DNA of 64,000 nucleotides from an uncultured Bacteroidota bacterium (lineage in GTDB: Bacteria; Bacteroidota; Bacteroidia; NS11-12g; UBA9320). Positions 38,867 to 48,571 of this stretch are shown piece by piece. A program made the translations under genes and the position numbers. Below the pieces are notes generated by a model. It did no database searches and was not told where the DNA came from. It saw only the letters and a list, made by a program, of their open reading frames with translations. Within the stretch, counting starts at the first letter, position 1, and each line of letters opens with the position of its first letter. The stretch spans positions 7,719 to 71,718 of the forward strand of contig CAJXBI010000003.1 of NCBI GenBank assembly GCA_913050005.1, given 5' to 3'.

Positions 38867-39886
38867 TCAAGCGTTAACCCATTCACTTTTTAGCTCCGGG
38901 ATTGCACGGGGTTTTTCAAGACTCACTACGTCAATAATTGCCTTTAAGTGTTCAGGTGTGGTTCCGCAGCATCCTCCTACGATGTTTAGGTATCCACTTG
39001 ATGCAAATTCCCCCACAACTTTACTCATGTTTTCTGGAGTTTCGTCATATTCACCAAATTCATTGGGTAAACCAGCATTTGGATGAGCAGAGACTCTACA
39101 CCAAGCCTTTTCACTTAGCTCCTTTATGAATGGACGCATTTGGTCTGCACCCAATGCACAATTCAACCCAACACTAAGCGGATTGGAATGGCTTATGCTA
39201 TACCAAAATGCTTCTACTGTTTGTCCGCTTAACGTTCTTCCGCTGGCATCAGTAATTGTACCACTTATCATGATTGGCAAATCTAGCTGTTTTTCTTCCT
39301 TGAGTTCTAAAATAGCATAAATTGCTGCTTTGCAATTGAGCGTGTCAAATACAGTTTCAATCAAAAATATATCGATTCCACCCTCTGCCAAAGCTTTGGC
39401 TTGTTCTTTATAGGCAATTACCAATTCATCAAAATCGATAGCTCTGAATCCAGGGTTATTAACATCTGGAGAAAGAGAGGTTGTTTTATTGGTAGGACCA
39501 ATACTACCAGCTACATATCGCGGTTTATTTGGATTTTTTTTGGTGTATTTATCAGCACAAGCTCTTGCTAATTTTGCAGATGCCATATTTAATTCAACTA
39601 CTAAATCCTGCATATGATAATCTGCCATAGAAACCTTTGTGCTATTAAAGGTATTGGTTTCAATGATATCAGCACCAACCTCAAGGAATTGATTATGGAT
39701 ATCCGAAATTATATGGGGTTGTGTGATTGACAAAAGGTCATTATTACCTTTTAATGGATGCTCATAATCTTTAAATCGTCTCCCTCTATATTCTGATTCA
39801 GATAACTTGTGTTTTTGAATCATGGTTCCCATTGCTCCATCCAAAAATAGGATTCGCTCTTTTAAAATTTCCTCTATTCTGTGCAT
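38867..39886 (-). CDS. Homocysteine S-methyltransferase domain protein (stand-alone MetH N-terminal Hcy-binding module, or MmuM-like)
   Basis: Colinear with residues 1-330 of E. coli MetH: ILVLDGGMGTMIQ / [83 protein letters not shown]. Confidence 0.85.
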   Translation of the reverse strand: MHRIEEILKERILFLDGAMGTMIQKHKLSESEYRGRRFKDYEHPLKGNNDLLSITQPHIISDIHNQFLEVGADIIETNTFNSTKVSMADYHMQDLVVELNMASAKLARACADKYTKKNPNKPRYVAGSIGPTNKTTSLSPDVNNPGFRAIDFDELVIAYKEQAKALAEGGIDIFLIETVFDTLNCKAAIYAILELKEEKQLDLPIMISGTITDASGRTLSGQTVEAFWYSISHSNPLSVGLNCALGADQMRPFIKELSEKAWCRVSAHPNAGLPNEFGEYDETPENMSKVVGEFASSGYLNIVGGCCGTTPEHLKAIIDVVSLEKPRAIPELKSEWVNA

Positions 39887-40035
39887 CGTTACAAAGGTAA
39901 TTGATTATGACTGGTTAATGTTTGTGCTTTTGAGTCATAAATTTATTCAAGATAGAAATTTGATTTAAATAAAATGGGGATAATTACACATACTACTATA
40001 GCTAGTTAATTGTTTAGTATTTAATTTGTAGATGT

Positions 40036-41229
40036 ATGCATGCAGACATTGCAATTGTAGGAGGAGGAATTGTAGGGCTATCGACAGCTTATCATTTGAT
40101 CCAAAAATATAATGGTAAAAAAATAGTTGTTTTAGAAAAAGAATCAGAATTAGCGTTTCATCAAACGGGTAATAATAGTGGTGTTATTCATTCTGGGTTA
40201 TACTATAAACCAGGTAGCTTAAAGGCAAAAAATTGTATCGAGGGCTATAAAATGCTCATCGATTTCTGCAATGAAAATAACATTCCCTATGATTTGTGTG
40301 GGAAGGTAGTAGTTGCCACTGATCAATCTGAACTTGGGAGATTGAGAGACTTGTATGATCGAGGGAGAGAGAATGGTTTGGAAGGTTTAGAATTGCTGGA
40401 TAAGAATCGATTAAAGGAAATCGAGCCTCATTTAGCTGGGATTCAAGGTATTCGTGTGCCACAAACAGGCATTGTTGATTATCGAGCAGTATGTATCAAG
40501 CTTGCTGAAAAGATCAAATCCTTGGGAGGTGAAATACACCTCAATACAATTGTTAGAAGTATTGATGAGAATGAAAACGAAGTACAAATAGTCACCAATA
40601 AAAGTTTTGTAGAATGTGACATGGTAATTAATTGTGCTGGGCTATATTCTGATGAAGTCGCTTCAATGCACTTAGGAAATGTTGATACAAAAATCATCCC
40701 ATTTCGTGGCGAGTATTTTGAACTGACAGCTGAGGCAGAGCATTTGGTTAAACACTTAATATACCCTGTTCCAGACCCAGCATTTCCATTTTTGGGTGTT
40801 CATTTTACTCGTATGATATCAGGAGGAATAGAGGCTGGCCCCAATGCTGTTTTTGCATTCAAAAAAGAGGGATATAAGCGAACAGACTTTGATTTTAAAG
40901 AATTTTTATCTAGTTTATTATGGCCTGGATTTCAAAAGGTCATGTTAAAATATTGGAAAACAGGACTTGGCGAGATGTATCGATCCTTTAGTAAGAAAGC
41001 CTTCACAAAGGCTCTTCAGAGACTAATCCCTGAGATAAAAGAGGAGCATTTAGTGGAATCTCCTGCAGGTGTTCGGGCACAAGCATGTGATAGAAAAGGA
41101 GGACTTTTAGATGATTTTAAACTCATAACTGAAAAGAGAGCCATACATGTTATAAATGCACCTAGTCCTGCAGCTACGTCATCCTTGAGTATTGGGAGGA
41201 CGATAGCAGATATGGTTGATTTAGATTAA
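40036..41229 (+). CDS. lhgO: L-2-hydroxyglutarate oxidase-like FAD-dependent oxidoreductase
   Basis: FAD-binding IAIVGGGIVGLSTAYHL. VLEKE...HQTGNNSGVIHSGLYYKPGSLKAKNC parallels LhgO. Confidence 0.8.
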   Translation: MHADIAIVGGGIVGLSTAYHLIQKYNGKKIVVLEKESELAFHQTGNNSGVIHSGLYYKPGSLKAKNCIEGYKMLIDFCNENNIPYDLCGKVVVATDQSELGRLRDLYDRGRENGLEGLELLDKNRLKEIEPHLAGIQGIRVPQTGIVDYRAVCIKLAEKIKSLGGEIHLNTIVRSIDENENEVQIVTNKSFVECDMVINCAGLYSDEVASMHLGNVDTKIIPFRGEYFELTAEAEHLVKHLIYPVPDPAFPFLGVHFTRMISGGIEAGPNAVFAFKKEGYKRTDFDFKEFLSSLLWPGFQKVMLKYWKTGLGEMYRSFSKKAFTKALQRLIPEIKEEHLVESPAGVRAQACDRKGGLLDDFKLITEKRAIHVINAPSPAATSSLSIGRTIADMVDLD

Positions 41230-41754
41230 TAATGACGCAAAGTGAAGTGTGATAACTAGAACTAAAATTAGCTTCATAAATGTACCACTTATAAATCCTA
41301 CGAAAGAACCCAGGGCAGATTTTAAAGCGACTTCATTGGTATTCCCTGATTTTTTTTCACCTAAATAAGCCCCAATAAATGGACCTAATATTAATAAAAA
41401 AACACCAAGACCAGAGGTGAAAATTGTAAGTAAAATTGCGAGGATTAAACCTGCAGTGCTACCTGAAGTTCCTGATGAAGTGCCTCCGAATTTTTTGGTA
41501 CCCCAAATAGGTAAATAAAAATCAATTATAGTAATTAAAATCGTTACAATGCCAAGACTTACTAATACAAAATAGTTGTTCTCAGATAATTGGACTCGGG
41601 GTTTATCAATAAGTAATAGAATGATTAACGAAAGATAAGCTATAGGTGGACCAGGTATTCCCGGAACAATACTGCCTACAAATCCAATAGTGATTAATAG
41701 AATACCTACTATTACAATCATGAGTTCCATGTCAATTATATCTGTTAAATCCAA
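41221..41754 (-). CDS. DUF456-family small membrane protein
   Basis: GFVGSIVPGIPGPPIAYLS motif. Four TM segments. Gly/Ser/Thr-rich loop. Confidence 0.5.
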   Translation of the reverse strand: MDLTDIIDMELMIVIVGILLITIGFVGSIVPGIPGPPIAYLSLIILLLIDKPRVQLSENNYFVLVSLGIVTILITIIDFYLPIWGTKKFGGTSSGTSGSTAGLILAILLTIFTSGLGVFLLILGPFIGAYLGEKKSGNTNEVALKSALGSFVGFISGTFMKLILVLVITLHFASLLI

Positions 41755-41779
41755 TCACTTGGAATTAAAGTGATCTAAA

Positions 41780-42124
41780 TTAGCTGAAATAGGGAAAGAA
41801 GAATGTCGACAAGAAGTATACTGTCAAGACCATGATGAAGACAACTTGAAAGATAGAACCTCCAAGTAGTTTTGTCATGATTGACGAATTATCACCTTCC
41901 GCTATTAATCTTTTTTCAGCCAGGTAAGACATTACTCCAACTACAACTAGTATGATGGGGATAGAATAGAAAATACTCGCCATATTTTCGCGAGCGTGAG
42001 AATTAAATAAGGCAAGAAATAATGCACCTAGTGATAGAATAGCTCCTGGTAATTTGGGTAGCTGGGTCCCCCCAAGTGCTGATCCAATAATTAGAATTGA
42101 TAAAACTATTAATATATTTTCCAT
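41780..42124 (-). CDS. Small membrane protein (DUF456-like N-terminus)
   Basis: LPKLPGAILSLGALFL motif similar to the neighbouring gene. Three hydrophobic helices. Confidence 0.4.
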   Translation of the reverse strand: MENILIVLSILIIGSALGGTQLPKLPGAILSLGALFLALFNSHARENMASIFYSIPIILVVVGVMSYLAEKRLIAEGDNSSIMTKLLGGSIFQVVFIMVLTVYFLSTFFFPYFS

Positions 42125-42363
42125 TGGTTGTTAGTTAATCTTTCACTGCAAAAGTCTACGATTAATGGAATAAGTCAAGTATGAAATGAAGTATTTTTAA
42201 AGCTGTGTAAAAAAACTTTTTTGCAAGAACAAATGAACTAATCGTAAAATACTGGTTATTAGTGATTTATTCACTAAATATAGGGGGTCTAAATTGATTT
42301 GTTATTAGGATTGGTATGATAAAATTTAACATATCAACTATCATTACATATCTTCGAAGTTGA

Positions 42364-43650
42364 ATGAGGAAAATTACACTGTTATTAATTTTTAGCATAA
42401 GTTTTTGTTGGGGTCAGACCATTACAGATACTATTCAATTAATGCATTATAATTTGTTGAATTATAGAAATATCACAAACTATTGTACTTCAAGCAATAA
42501 TAGCCCAACCAACAAGGATGATTATATGAATACTATTGTTGGATATTTAATGCCAGATATTATAACAGTGAATGAAATGGTTGGAGATGGAGGTACTGGT
42601 GCAAATCGATTGCTTACAAATGCATTAAACCAAGATGGTAGAAACTTTTATAAACAAGCCAATTATTCTGCTAATTCAAATTTGTCAAATATGCTTTATT
42701 ATAACAAGAACAAGTTTATGTTAGTCAAACAGGATAAAATTGATAGGGCATTAAATAAGACTCAATTGGTGAGGCAAATTGATGTGTATACACTTTATTA
42801 TCTAGATAATTCAGAATTGGAGTTGGGTGATACAAATTATCTTACTATTTATGTAGCTCACTTAAAAGCGGGGAATACTTCTTCAAATGTTTCGGAGAGA
42901 GCTCAAGCTACGGAGTCCATTATGGATTACCATTCTATAAATTATCAATCCAACCATAGTTATATTATTACTGGAGATTTTAATACCTATACGAGTAACG
43001 AGCAAGGGTTTATAAATTTAGTAGGTAACCCAAATACATCTATTCGTTTTAAAGATCCAATTAAAAAATCGGGTTCATGGAATAACAATAGTTCTTTTGC
43101 ATCTATTCACACACAAAGTACTCGTGTAAGTAGTAATTGTCATTCAGGGGGTGGATTAGACGATCGATTTGATTTTGTATTGTGTGGTCAAGAAATTATA
43201 TCTAATGAAAGGGGCTATGGCTATGTGATCGGGAGTTATGAGGCTTTGGGTAATGATGGACGACATTTCAATGACAATCTAAATTCGGGCTCAAATAGTT
43301 CAGCACCCGGGGATGTTTTAGACGCCCTATATAAAATGAGTGACCATTTGCCCGTTTCATTGCAACTCAAGGTTAATAGAACAACGGCTCATTCATCAAA
43401 TTTTGTAAAGGATAACTATCTAATTATGAATAACCCGGTTAGAAATTTATTGACATGGAAAATGCAACTTCCCATGGAGGGTCATTTATCGATTATAGAT
43501 ATCCATGGCAAGTGTCTGTTTCTGGAAAAGATAAACCCCAACAATAATTGGCATCAATTAGACTTAACTATTCTTACAAAAGGAATCTACACCGCAATTG
43601 TGACCTCAGCGAGTAGTCAAATCATTCGAAAGAAGCTAATCAAGCTTTAA
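42364..43650 (+). CDS. Secreted endonuclease/exonuclease/phosphatase (EEP) family protein with T9SS C-terminal sorting domain
   Basis: Signal peptide. EEP motifs (TVNEM, YVAHLKAG, ITGDFNTY, MSDHLPVS). The C-terminus GIYTAIVTSASSQIIRKKLIKL is a Por secretion tail. Confidence 0.7.
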   Translation: MRKITLLLIFSISFCWGQTITDTIQLMHYNLLNYRNITNYCTSSNNSPTNKDDYMNTIVGYLMPDIITVNEMVGDGGTGANRLLTNALNQDGRNFYKQANYSANSNLSNMLYYNKNKFMLVKQDKIDRALNKTQLVRQIDVYTLYYLDNSELELGDTNYLTIYVAHLKAGNTSSNVSERAQATESIMDYHSINYQSNHSYIITGDFNTYTSNEQGFINLVGNPNTSIRFKDPIKKSGSWNNNSSFASIHTQSTRVSSNCHSGGGLDDRFDFVLCGQEIISNERGYGYVIGSYEALGNDGRHFNDNLNSGSNSSAPGDVLDALYKMSDHLPVSLQLKVNRTTAHSSNFVKDNYLIMNNPVRNLLTWKMQLPMEGHLSIIDIHGKCLFLEKINPNNNWHQLDLTILTKGIYTAIVTSASSQIIRKKLIKL

Positions 43651-44004
43651 ATTTAATAAAGCTCTGGCCAAAACGCATCCTCAAGATGAGTGATTTCAGT
43701 TTTGTATTGGTTTTTATGATTGAAATGATATCATACCTGACTGTTAAATCTAAATTGTATTTTAATAAGTAGGCCTCAGTTGCTTGTGCTAATAGCTGTT
43801 GTTTTTTAAAGGAAACGCTTTGTTCTGGGTTACCATATTTAGAAGTATTTATTGTCTTTATTTCTACAATTACAAGTTGTTTTTCGATTTGAGCGATAAT
43901 ATCAATTTCAGCATGACCATTTCTATAATTTCGCTTTAGAATAGAATAACCTCTAAAATCAGATATTTTGTGGCAATACTCTCACCACCTATTCCTAAGA
44001 TTTG
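43640..44004 (-). pseudogene. Frameshifted yraN-like (UPF0102 family endonuclease) remnant
   Basis: Translating the minus strand gives GIGGESIATKYLILE in one frame and then, in the -1 frame, GYSILKRNYRNGHAEIDIIAQIEKQLVIVEIKT...RYDIISI. Joined, this recreates the YraN signature (GE..A..YL...GY.IL.RN.R...GEIDII...VEVK...D.I.I). No in-frame start codon precedes the N-terminal part. Confidence 0.55.
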
Positions 44005-44041
44005 TTAATGAGTTTTTATAAAATTAAGATTTAGTTTTTGA

Positions 44042-45229
44042 TCATTGGTTTAATTCCCTAAGGGCAAGGTAAGCCATTAAACCTGCACCAACTTTAAGAG
44101 CATCTTCATCAATATCAAAAGTTGGAGTATGTAACATGGTCTGATTAAACTTATTTTGGTTTCTAATTCCTAAACGGTAGAAGCTTGCAGGGATTTCTTG
44201 AGAGTAGTAAGCAAAATCTTCACCTGCTGGCCAAAGTTCTAATTCTTCTACATTATCCTCTCCAAGGTATTCTTTAGCCCAGTTCATCGTGTGCGTAGTT
44301 AAGTCCTCGTCATTTTTTAGAAATGGATATCCTTTTCTTACCTCAACTTCACACTTAGCCCCATGAATTTCAGCAGTATCGTTACACGTTTTTTCAATAA
44401 TCTTATGTGCTTTATTTCGCCATTCTTCATCGTATGTCCTAAAAGTACCCTCCATCGAAACCTCGTTAGGTATGATATTTGTTGCACCGTTGGCGATGAC
44501 TTTCCCTATACTTAAAACACTAGGGATACTTGGTTTGGCGTGTCTACTTACTACGGATTGGAGTTGTGTGATGATTTGAGCAGAAATGTAAACTGGATCA
44601 ATATTTTGGTGTGGATGAGCTCCATGACCACCTTTACCAATTACTTTGATATAAATTTCATCAGCACTTGCCATATAAAGGCCACTTCTAAAACCTACTT
44701 TTCCTGCATCAATAAGTGGCATAACGTGTTGACCCATTATCTTATCGATGTTGGGATTTTTCAATACACCATTCTTGATCATAACACTGGCCCCTCCAGG
44801 TAACCGTTCCTCTCCAGGTTGAAATATAAAGCGAATAGTACCCTCAAATTCGTCCTTCAAGAAATCAATAATTTGAACTGCTCCTAATAAGCAAGTAGTG
44901 TGTACGTCGTGTCCACATGCATGCATCACTCCTTCATTTTTAGAAGCATATTCTTTGTCAGTTTTTTCAAGAATAGGAAGTGCGTCAATATCTCCTCTTA
45001 GTGCAATGACTTTGGCCTGTGGATTTTTACCTTGAATATCAATATATCCTCCAGTTTCTGTGATTTGCTGGAGATCATATCCGATGGATTTTAATTTTTT
45101 AGCAATGAATTTAGTGGTCTCAAACTCTTTAAAACTTAATTCTGGATGACTGTGTAAGTGCCTTCTTGTAGCAACCAGCTCATCGAAGTTTAATTCTACT
45201 TGTTGTTTAATCCTATCAGATAGGTTCAT
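44042..45229 (-). CDS. M20D-family amidohydrolase (N-acyl-L-amino acid amidohydrolase / hippuricase-like)
   Basis: MHACGHD, metal-ligand residues and the overall pattern of peptidase M20D. 395 aa. Confidence 0.8.
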   Translation of the reverse strand: MNLSDRIKQQVELNFDELVATRRHLHSHPELSFKEFETTKFIAKKLKSIGYDLQQITETGGYIDIQGKNPQAKVIALRGDIDALPILEKTDKEYASKNEGVMHACGHDVHTTCLLGAVQIIDFLKDEFEGTIRFIFQPGEERLPGGASVMIKNGVLKNPNIDKIMGQHVMPLIDAGKVGFRSGLYMASADEIYIKVIGKGGHGAHPHQNIDPVYISAQIITQLQSVVSRHAKPSIPSVLSIGKVIANGATNIIPNEVSMEGTFRTYDEEWRNKAHKIIEKTCNDTAEIHGAKCEVEVRKGYPFLKNDEDLTTHTMNWAKEYLGEDNVEELELWPAGEDFAYYSQEIPASFYRLGIRNQNKFNQTMLHTPTFDIDEDALKVGAGLMAYLALRELNQ

Positions 45230-45281
45230 GCTTCAAAGGTAGATAATTTGTTTTTGAATGGTATGATAATATCTCTCCACA

Positions 45282-47291
45282 TTGTTATCAAGTTTGAAAT
45301 CAATTTGTTTCATTTGTAGTAACTTGATACCACCAGAAGTCATAAATAAAATTTTTGATATTGCATCAATTGAAGAGGTAGTTGGTGAATACGTCACCCT
45401 TAAAAGAGCAGGGGCGAATTTTAAGGGGCTATGTCCTTTTCATGACGATAAGAGTCCTAGTATGAGTGTTTCTCCTAGTAAGGGGATATTCAAATGTTTT
45501 AGTTGCGGTGAAGGAGGGAACATCTTCCAATTTATTATGCAACATGAAGGATTGTCATATCCGCTTGCGATTAAGTTTTTGGCAAATAAATATAATATTA
45601 AAATAGACGAGGGTCAAATTGACGTAGACGAACTTAAAGAAGAAGCACGTATAAAGGATGGAGTCTATGCATGTCTAGAATTTGCAAAAAATCACTTTCA
45701 TGAACGATTAAATTTGAGCCAGGATGGAAAAGTAATATATAAACCTTATTTGACAGAGCGTGGGATTAATCAACTAACAATTGATCATTTTCACATTGGA
45801 TTAAGTGGTTCTCAAAGAGATCATCTTTTACAAGAAGGAATAAAAAACGGGTATACATCCCAACAACTTTTTGACGCTGGTTTAGTCAAAAAGATTAATG
45901 ATGACCAAGGAATCATTGAGTCTAATCTTCGAGATACCTTCTTGGATCGAATAGTTTTTCCAATATTTAGTGTCTCTGGAAAAGTATTGGGGTTTGGTGG
46001 TAGGATTATAAAAAAGGATACGAAAGCTCCAAAATATTTAAATAGTCCCGAAACCGTAGTTTATGAAAAGCGTAAAGAATTATATGGTTTAAATCTCTGT
46101 AAGCAATCTATTCGAAAAAATGATGCAGTCTTTTTGGTTGAAGGATATATGGATGTAGTGAGTTTACATCAAAATGGGGTGGATAATGTTGTAGCGGCCA
46201 GTGGTACTGCTTTTACAGAAGAACAAGCAAGATTAATCAAACGATTCACCCACCAAGTAACCATGTTATTTGACGGTGATACAGCTGGTGTAAATGCAAG
46301 TTTGAAACATATTCAGACGCTATTATCAGCAGATATTAATGTTCAAGTTGTTCTTTTCCCTGTTGATGATGACCCTGATAGTTTTATCCAAAAAAGAGGA
46401 AGTTCAGTATTTCACGATTATGTTAAGGATTCTGCAAAGAACTTTGTAGATCTAATTCAAGAGGTAAAATTAGCCAAGGGTACTTCCGATCCAATTCAAA
46501 AGGCAGAGGCAGCTCGTTTGGTTGCAGAAAATATTGCAGCGTTGCCTGACCCACTTAAACGTGCAGCATTTATTTCGGAAACTTCAAGTAAATTAAATAT
46601 ACCTGAGCAAATAATTATTGCAGAAGTCAATAAGTTCAGGGTTAATAATCGTAAACAAAAAGATCGAGAAGGGCGAAGAGTTCAGCAGGAAAATAAATCA
46701 GTCATTTCACAAGGACCGCCATCAGGTTTTGAATATCAGCCAGATTATAAGCAAAGTAATACTCACGAATTTATAGACAGTAAAAACTACCAAGAGGAAG
46801 AGCTATTGAAAACACTTATTCTTCACGCAGATAAGGAATTTAGTGAGGATTTAACCGTAGCTGAATTTATTTTCAATGAATTTGAAGAGGAACAAATTTG
46901 GCCTATTTCCGAGGATTTTCGTCAAATTTTTAGAGATGCTCATACTCATCTAAAAGAACATAAAGTTCTAAATGAACTATACTTCATCAGAAATGCAGCA
47001 TCAAGTAAAATAGCAGCAGAGGTTCTTTCTGTTAGACATAATTTAAGTAAAGGCTGGGAGGACAATTATGAAAAATTTGTTAAATCTGATCAAGAAAATT
47101 ATAAAAGTCAAGTTATTGATAATTTAAATTATTTGAAGCTCAAACACATAGATTTATTGATGAAAGAAAACCAAGAGAAGTTAAAAATCGCTGAAACAGA
47201 AGAAGATGTCACGATATTGCAACAGGTTCACGATAATTTATTAAAAATTCGTCAGAAAATTACAGACCAAAGTGGTACGGTTATTTCATAG
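45282..47291 (+). CDS. dnaG: DNA primase DnaG
   Basis: CHC2 zinc finger (GLCPFHDDKSPSMSV...FKCFSCGEGGN), TOPRIM region (VFLVEGYMDVVSLHQNG...LFDGDTAG). The true start may be the TTG at 45324. Confidence 0.85.
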   Translation: MLSSLKSICFICSNLIPPEVINKIFDIASIEEVVGEYVTLKRAGANFKGLCPFHDDKSPSMSVSPSKGIFKCFSCGEGGNIFQFIMQHEGLSYPLAIKFLANKYNIKIDEGQIDVDELKEEARIKDGVYACLEFAKNHFHERLNLSQDGKVIYKPYLTERGINQLTIDHFHIGLSGSQRDHLLQEGIKNGYTSQQLFDAGLVKKINDDQGIIESNLRDTFLDRIVFPIFSVSGKVLGFGGRIIKKDTKAPKYLNSPETVVYEKRKELYGLNLCKQSIRKNDAVFLVEGYMDVVSLHQNGVDNVVAASGTAFTEEQARLIKRFTHQVTMLFDGDTAGVNASLKHIQTLLSADINVQVVLFPVDDDPDSFIQKRGSSVFHDYVKDSAKNFVDLIQEVKLAKGTSDPIQKAEAARLVAENIAALPDPLKRAAFISETSSKLNIPEQIIIAEVNKFRVNNRKQKDREGRRVQQENKSVISQGPPSGFEYQPDYKQSNTHEFIDSKNYQEEELLKTLILHADKEFSEDLTVAEFIFNEFEEEQIWPISEDFRQIFRDAHTHLKEHKVLNELYFIRNAASSKIAAEVLSVRHNLSKGWEDNYEKFVKSDQENYKSQVIDNLNYLKLKHIDLLMKENQEKLKIAETEEDVTILQQVHDNLLKIRQKITDQSGTVIS

Positions 47292-47300
47292 CAGGTTAAT

Positions 47301-48563
47301 ATGGTTAAAGATTGGGTATTTCATTTAATTAGAAATTTATTGAGATTACCACTGGGTGGTTTCGTTCGAAAAATTCATTTTGATGGACTAGAAAATTTCC
47401 CAAAAGATAAACCCGTTCTTCTAGCAGGGAATCATCCAAACTCGTTCTTAGATGGGGTTATCTATCAACACATGAGTGGTCGTAAAATTTATACCCTAAC
47501 TCGGGGAGATGTTTTTCTAAAACCACTACCCAATTATTTATTAAGAAGTATGAATTTGAGGCCAATCTTTAGAGCACGGGACGCTAATTCTGAAGTGGCA
47601 CGAAAAGGGAATAATCAGACTATGGATGAGTTATACGATCTTTTCAAAAATAACAAGACAATATTAATATTTTCAGAAGGGAGTTCATATCCAGAAAAGG
47701 GTGTTAGAAGATTAAAAAAAGGTACTGGTCATATAGCAATTGATATGATTAAAAGAAGTGATTACCAACTTGATCTTCATATTGTACCAACTGCTGTTAA
47801 TTACTCGAGTTTTGGCTCTTTGATGCAGACTATCCACGTTTCATTTGACAAATCTATTTCACTAAAGGATTACAAAGAAGCTATCAAAGAAGATGAAAAG
47901 AAGGTTGCTGAGCAATTTACAAATCGAATACAAGAATCATTAGAGAAAAATGTGGTCATAACCAAAGGAGATTTTACAGAAGAAAAAGAATTCTTACATG
48001 AAATCATCATTAATGAAAACTACCGCCCTTTTACATTCAAGTCATATAATACCTGGAGATTATCAATAGCTAAACTCAATTCAATCGATGAGACCACAGC
48101 TTCAAAAGTTCGCCAATATATGAAGTTGATTAATGATTTTGGTGTTAATGATGCTCATGTTGGAGAAAGGTCATTTGATGCAGTTTCCGTATTTATAGCT
48201 CTTTTCACATTTGGTGTAAGTTTGCCAACTTATCTGATCTGGAGAGTTCTTTGGTATTTTTCTATGTCATTGATTGATAAAAAGGTCAAAAATGTTGTTT
48301 TTCATGACTCATTAAAGGTTGGTCTTTCAATGTTTTTATCATTAATTCTTGCTGTATGCATTGCTTTTATTTCTTTTAGTTGGATTTCTCCTTTATGGGC
48401 AACTCTCCTAACCTTAGGATCAATATATGGGGGAATTTGCTGGTTTAGGCTTGTTGAATTTATACCTTATTTCTGGAAACAACTAACATGGTTTGGGATG
48501 AAAAAAGAGGACAAAAACGAGCTGTCTCAAAAACGAAATACAATTGTAGATATAATCTCTTAA
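47301..48563 (+). CDS. Lysophospholipid (1-acyl-glycerol-3-phosphate) acyltransferase family protein with C-terminal membrane domain
   Basis: HX4D acyltransferase motif (AGNHPNSFLDG), FSEGS motif (IFSEGSSY), C-terminal TM helices. Confidence 0.7.
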   Translation: MVKDWVFHLIRNLLRLPLGGFVRKIHFDGLENFPKDKPVLLAGNHPNSFLDGVIYQHMSGRKIYTLTRGDVFLKPLPNYLLRSMNLRPIFRARDANSEVARKGNNQTMDELYDLFKNNKTILIFSEGSSYPEKGVRRLKKGTGHIAIDMIKRSDYQLDLHIVPTAVNYSSFGSLMQTIHVSFDKSISLKDYKEAIKEDEKKVAEQFTNRIQESLEKNVVITKGDFTEEKEFLHEIIINENYRPFTFKSYNTWRLSIAKLNSIDETTASKVRQYMKLINDFGVNDAHVGERSFDAVSVFIALFTFGVSLPTYLIWRVLWYFSMSLIDKKVKNVVFHDSLKVGLSMFLSLILAVCIAFISFSWISPLWATLLTLGSIYGGICWFRLVEFIPYFWKQLTWFGMKKEDKNELSQKRNTIVDIIS

Positions 48564-48571
48564 TCCAATAT

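Noticed and set aside
39887-40035. SAM or cobalamin riboswitch upstream of the homocysteine methyltransferase gene
   Set aside because: The 149-nt leader is AT-rich. It has no recognisable B12-box or SAM-I/II conserved helices on either strand.
43990-43998. Possibility that the in-frame TGA inside the yraN-like region reflects a TGA-sense genetic code
   Set aside because: Several confident genes in the window terminate with TGA, for example the exonuclease at 61084 and the methyltransferase at 61938. The better explanation is a +/-1 frameshift that reconstitutes the YraN motif exactly.
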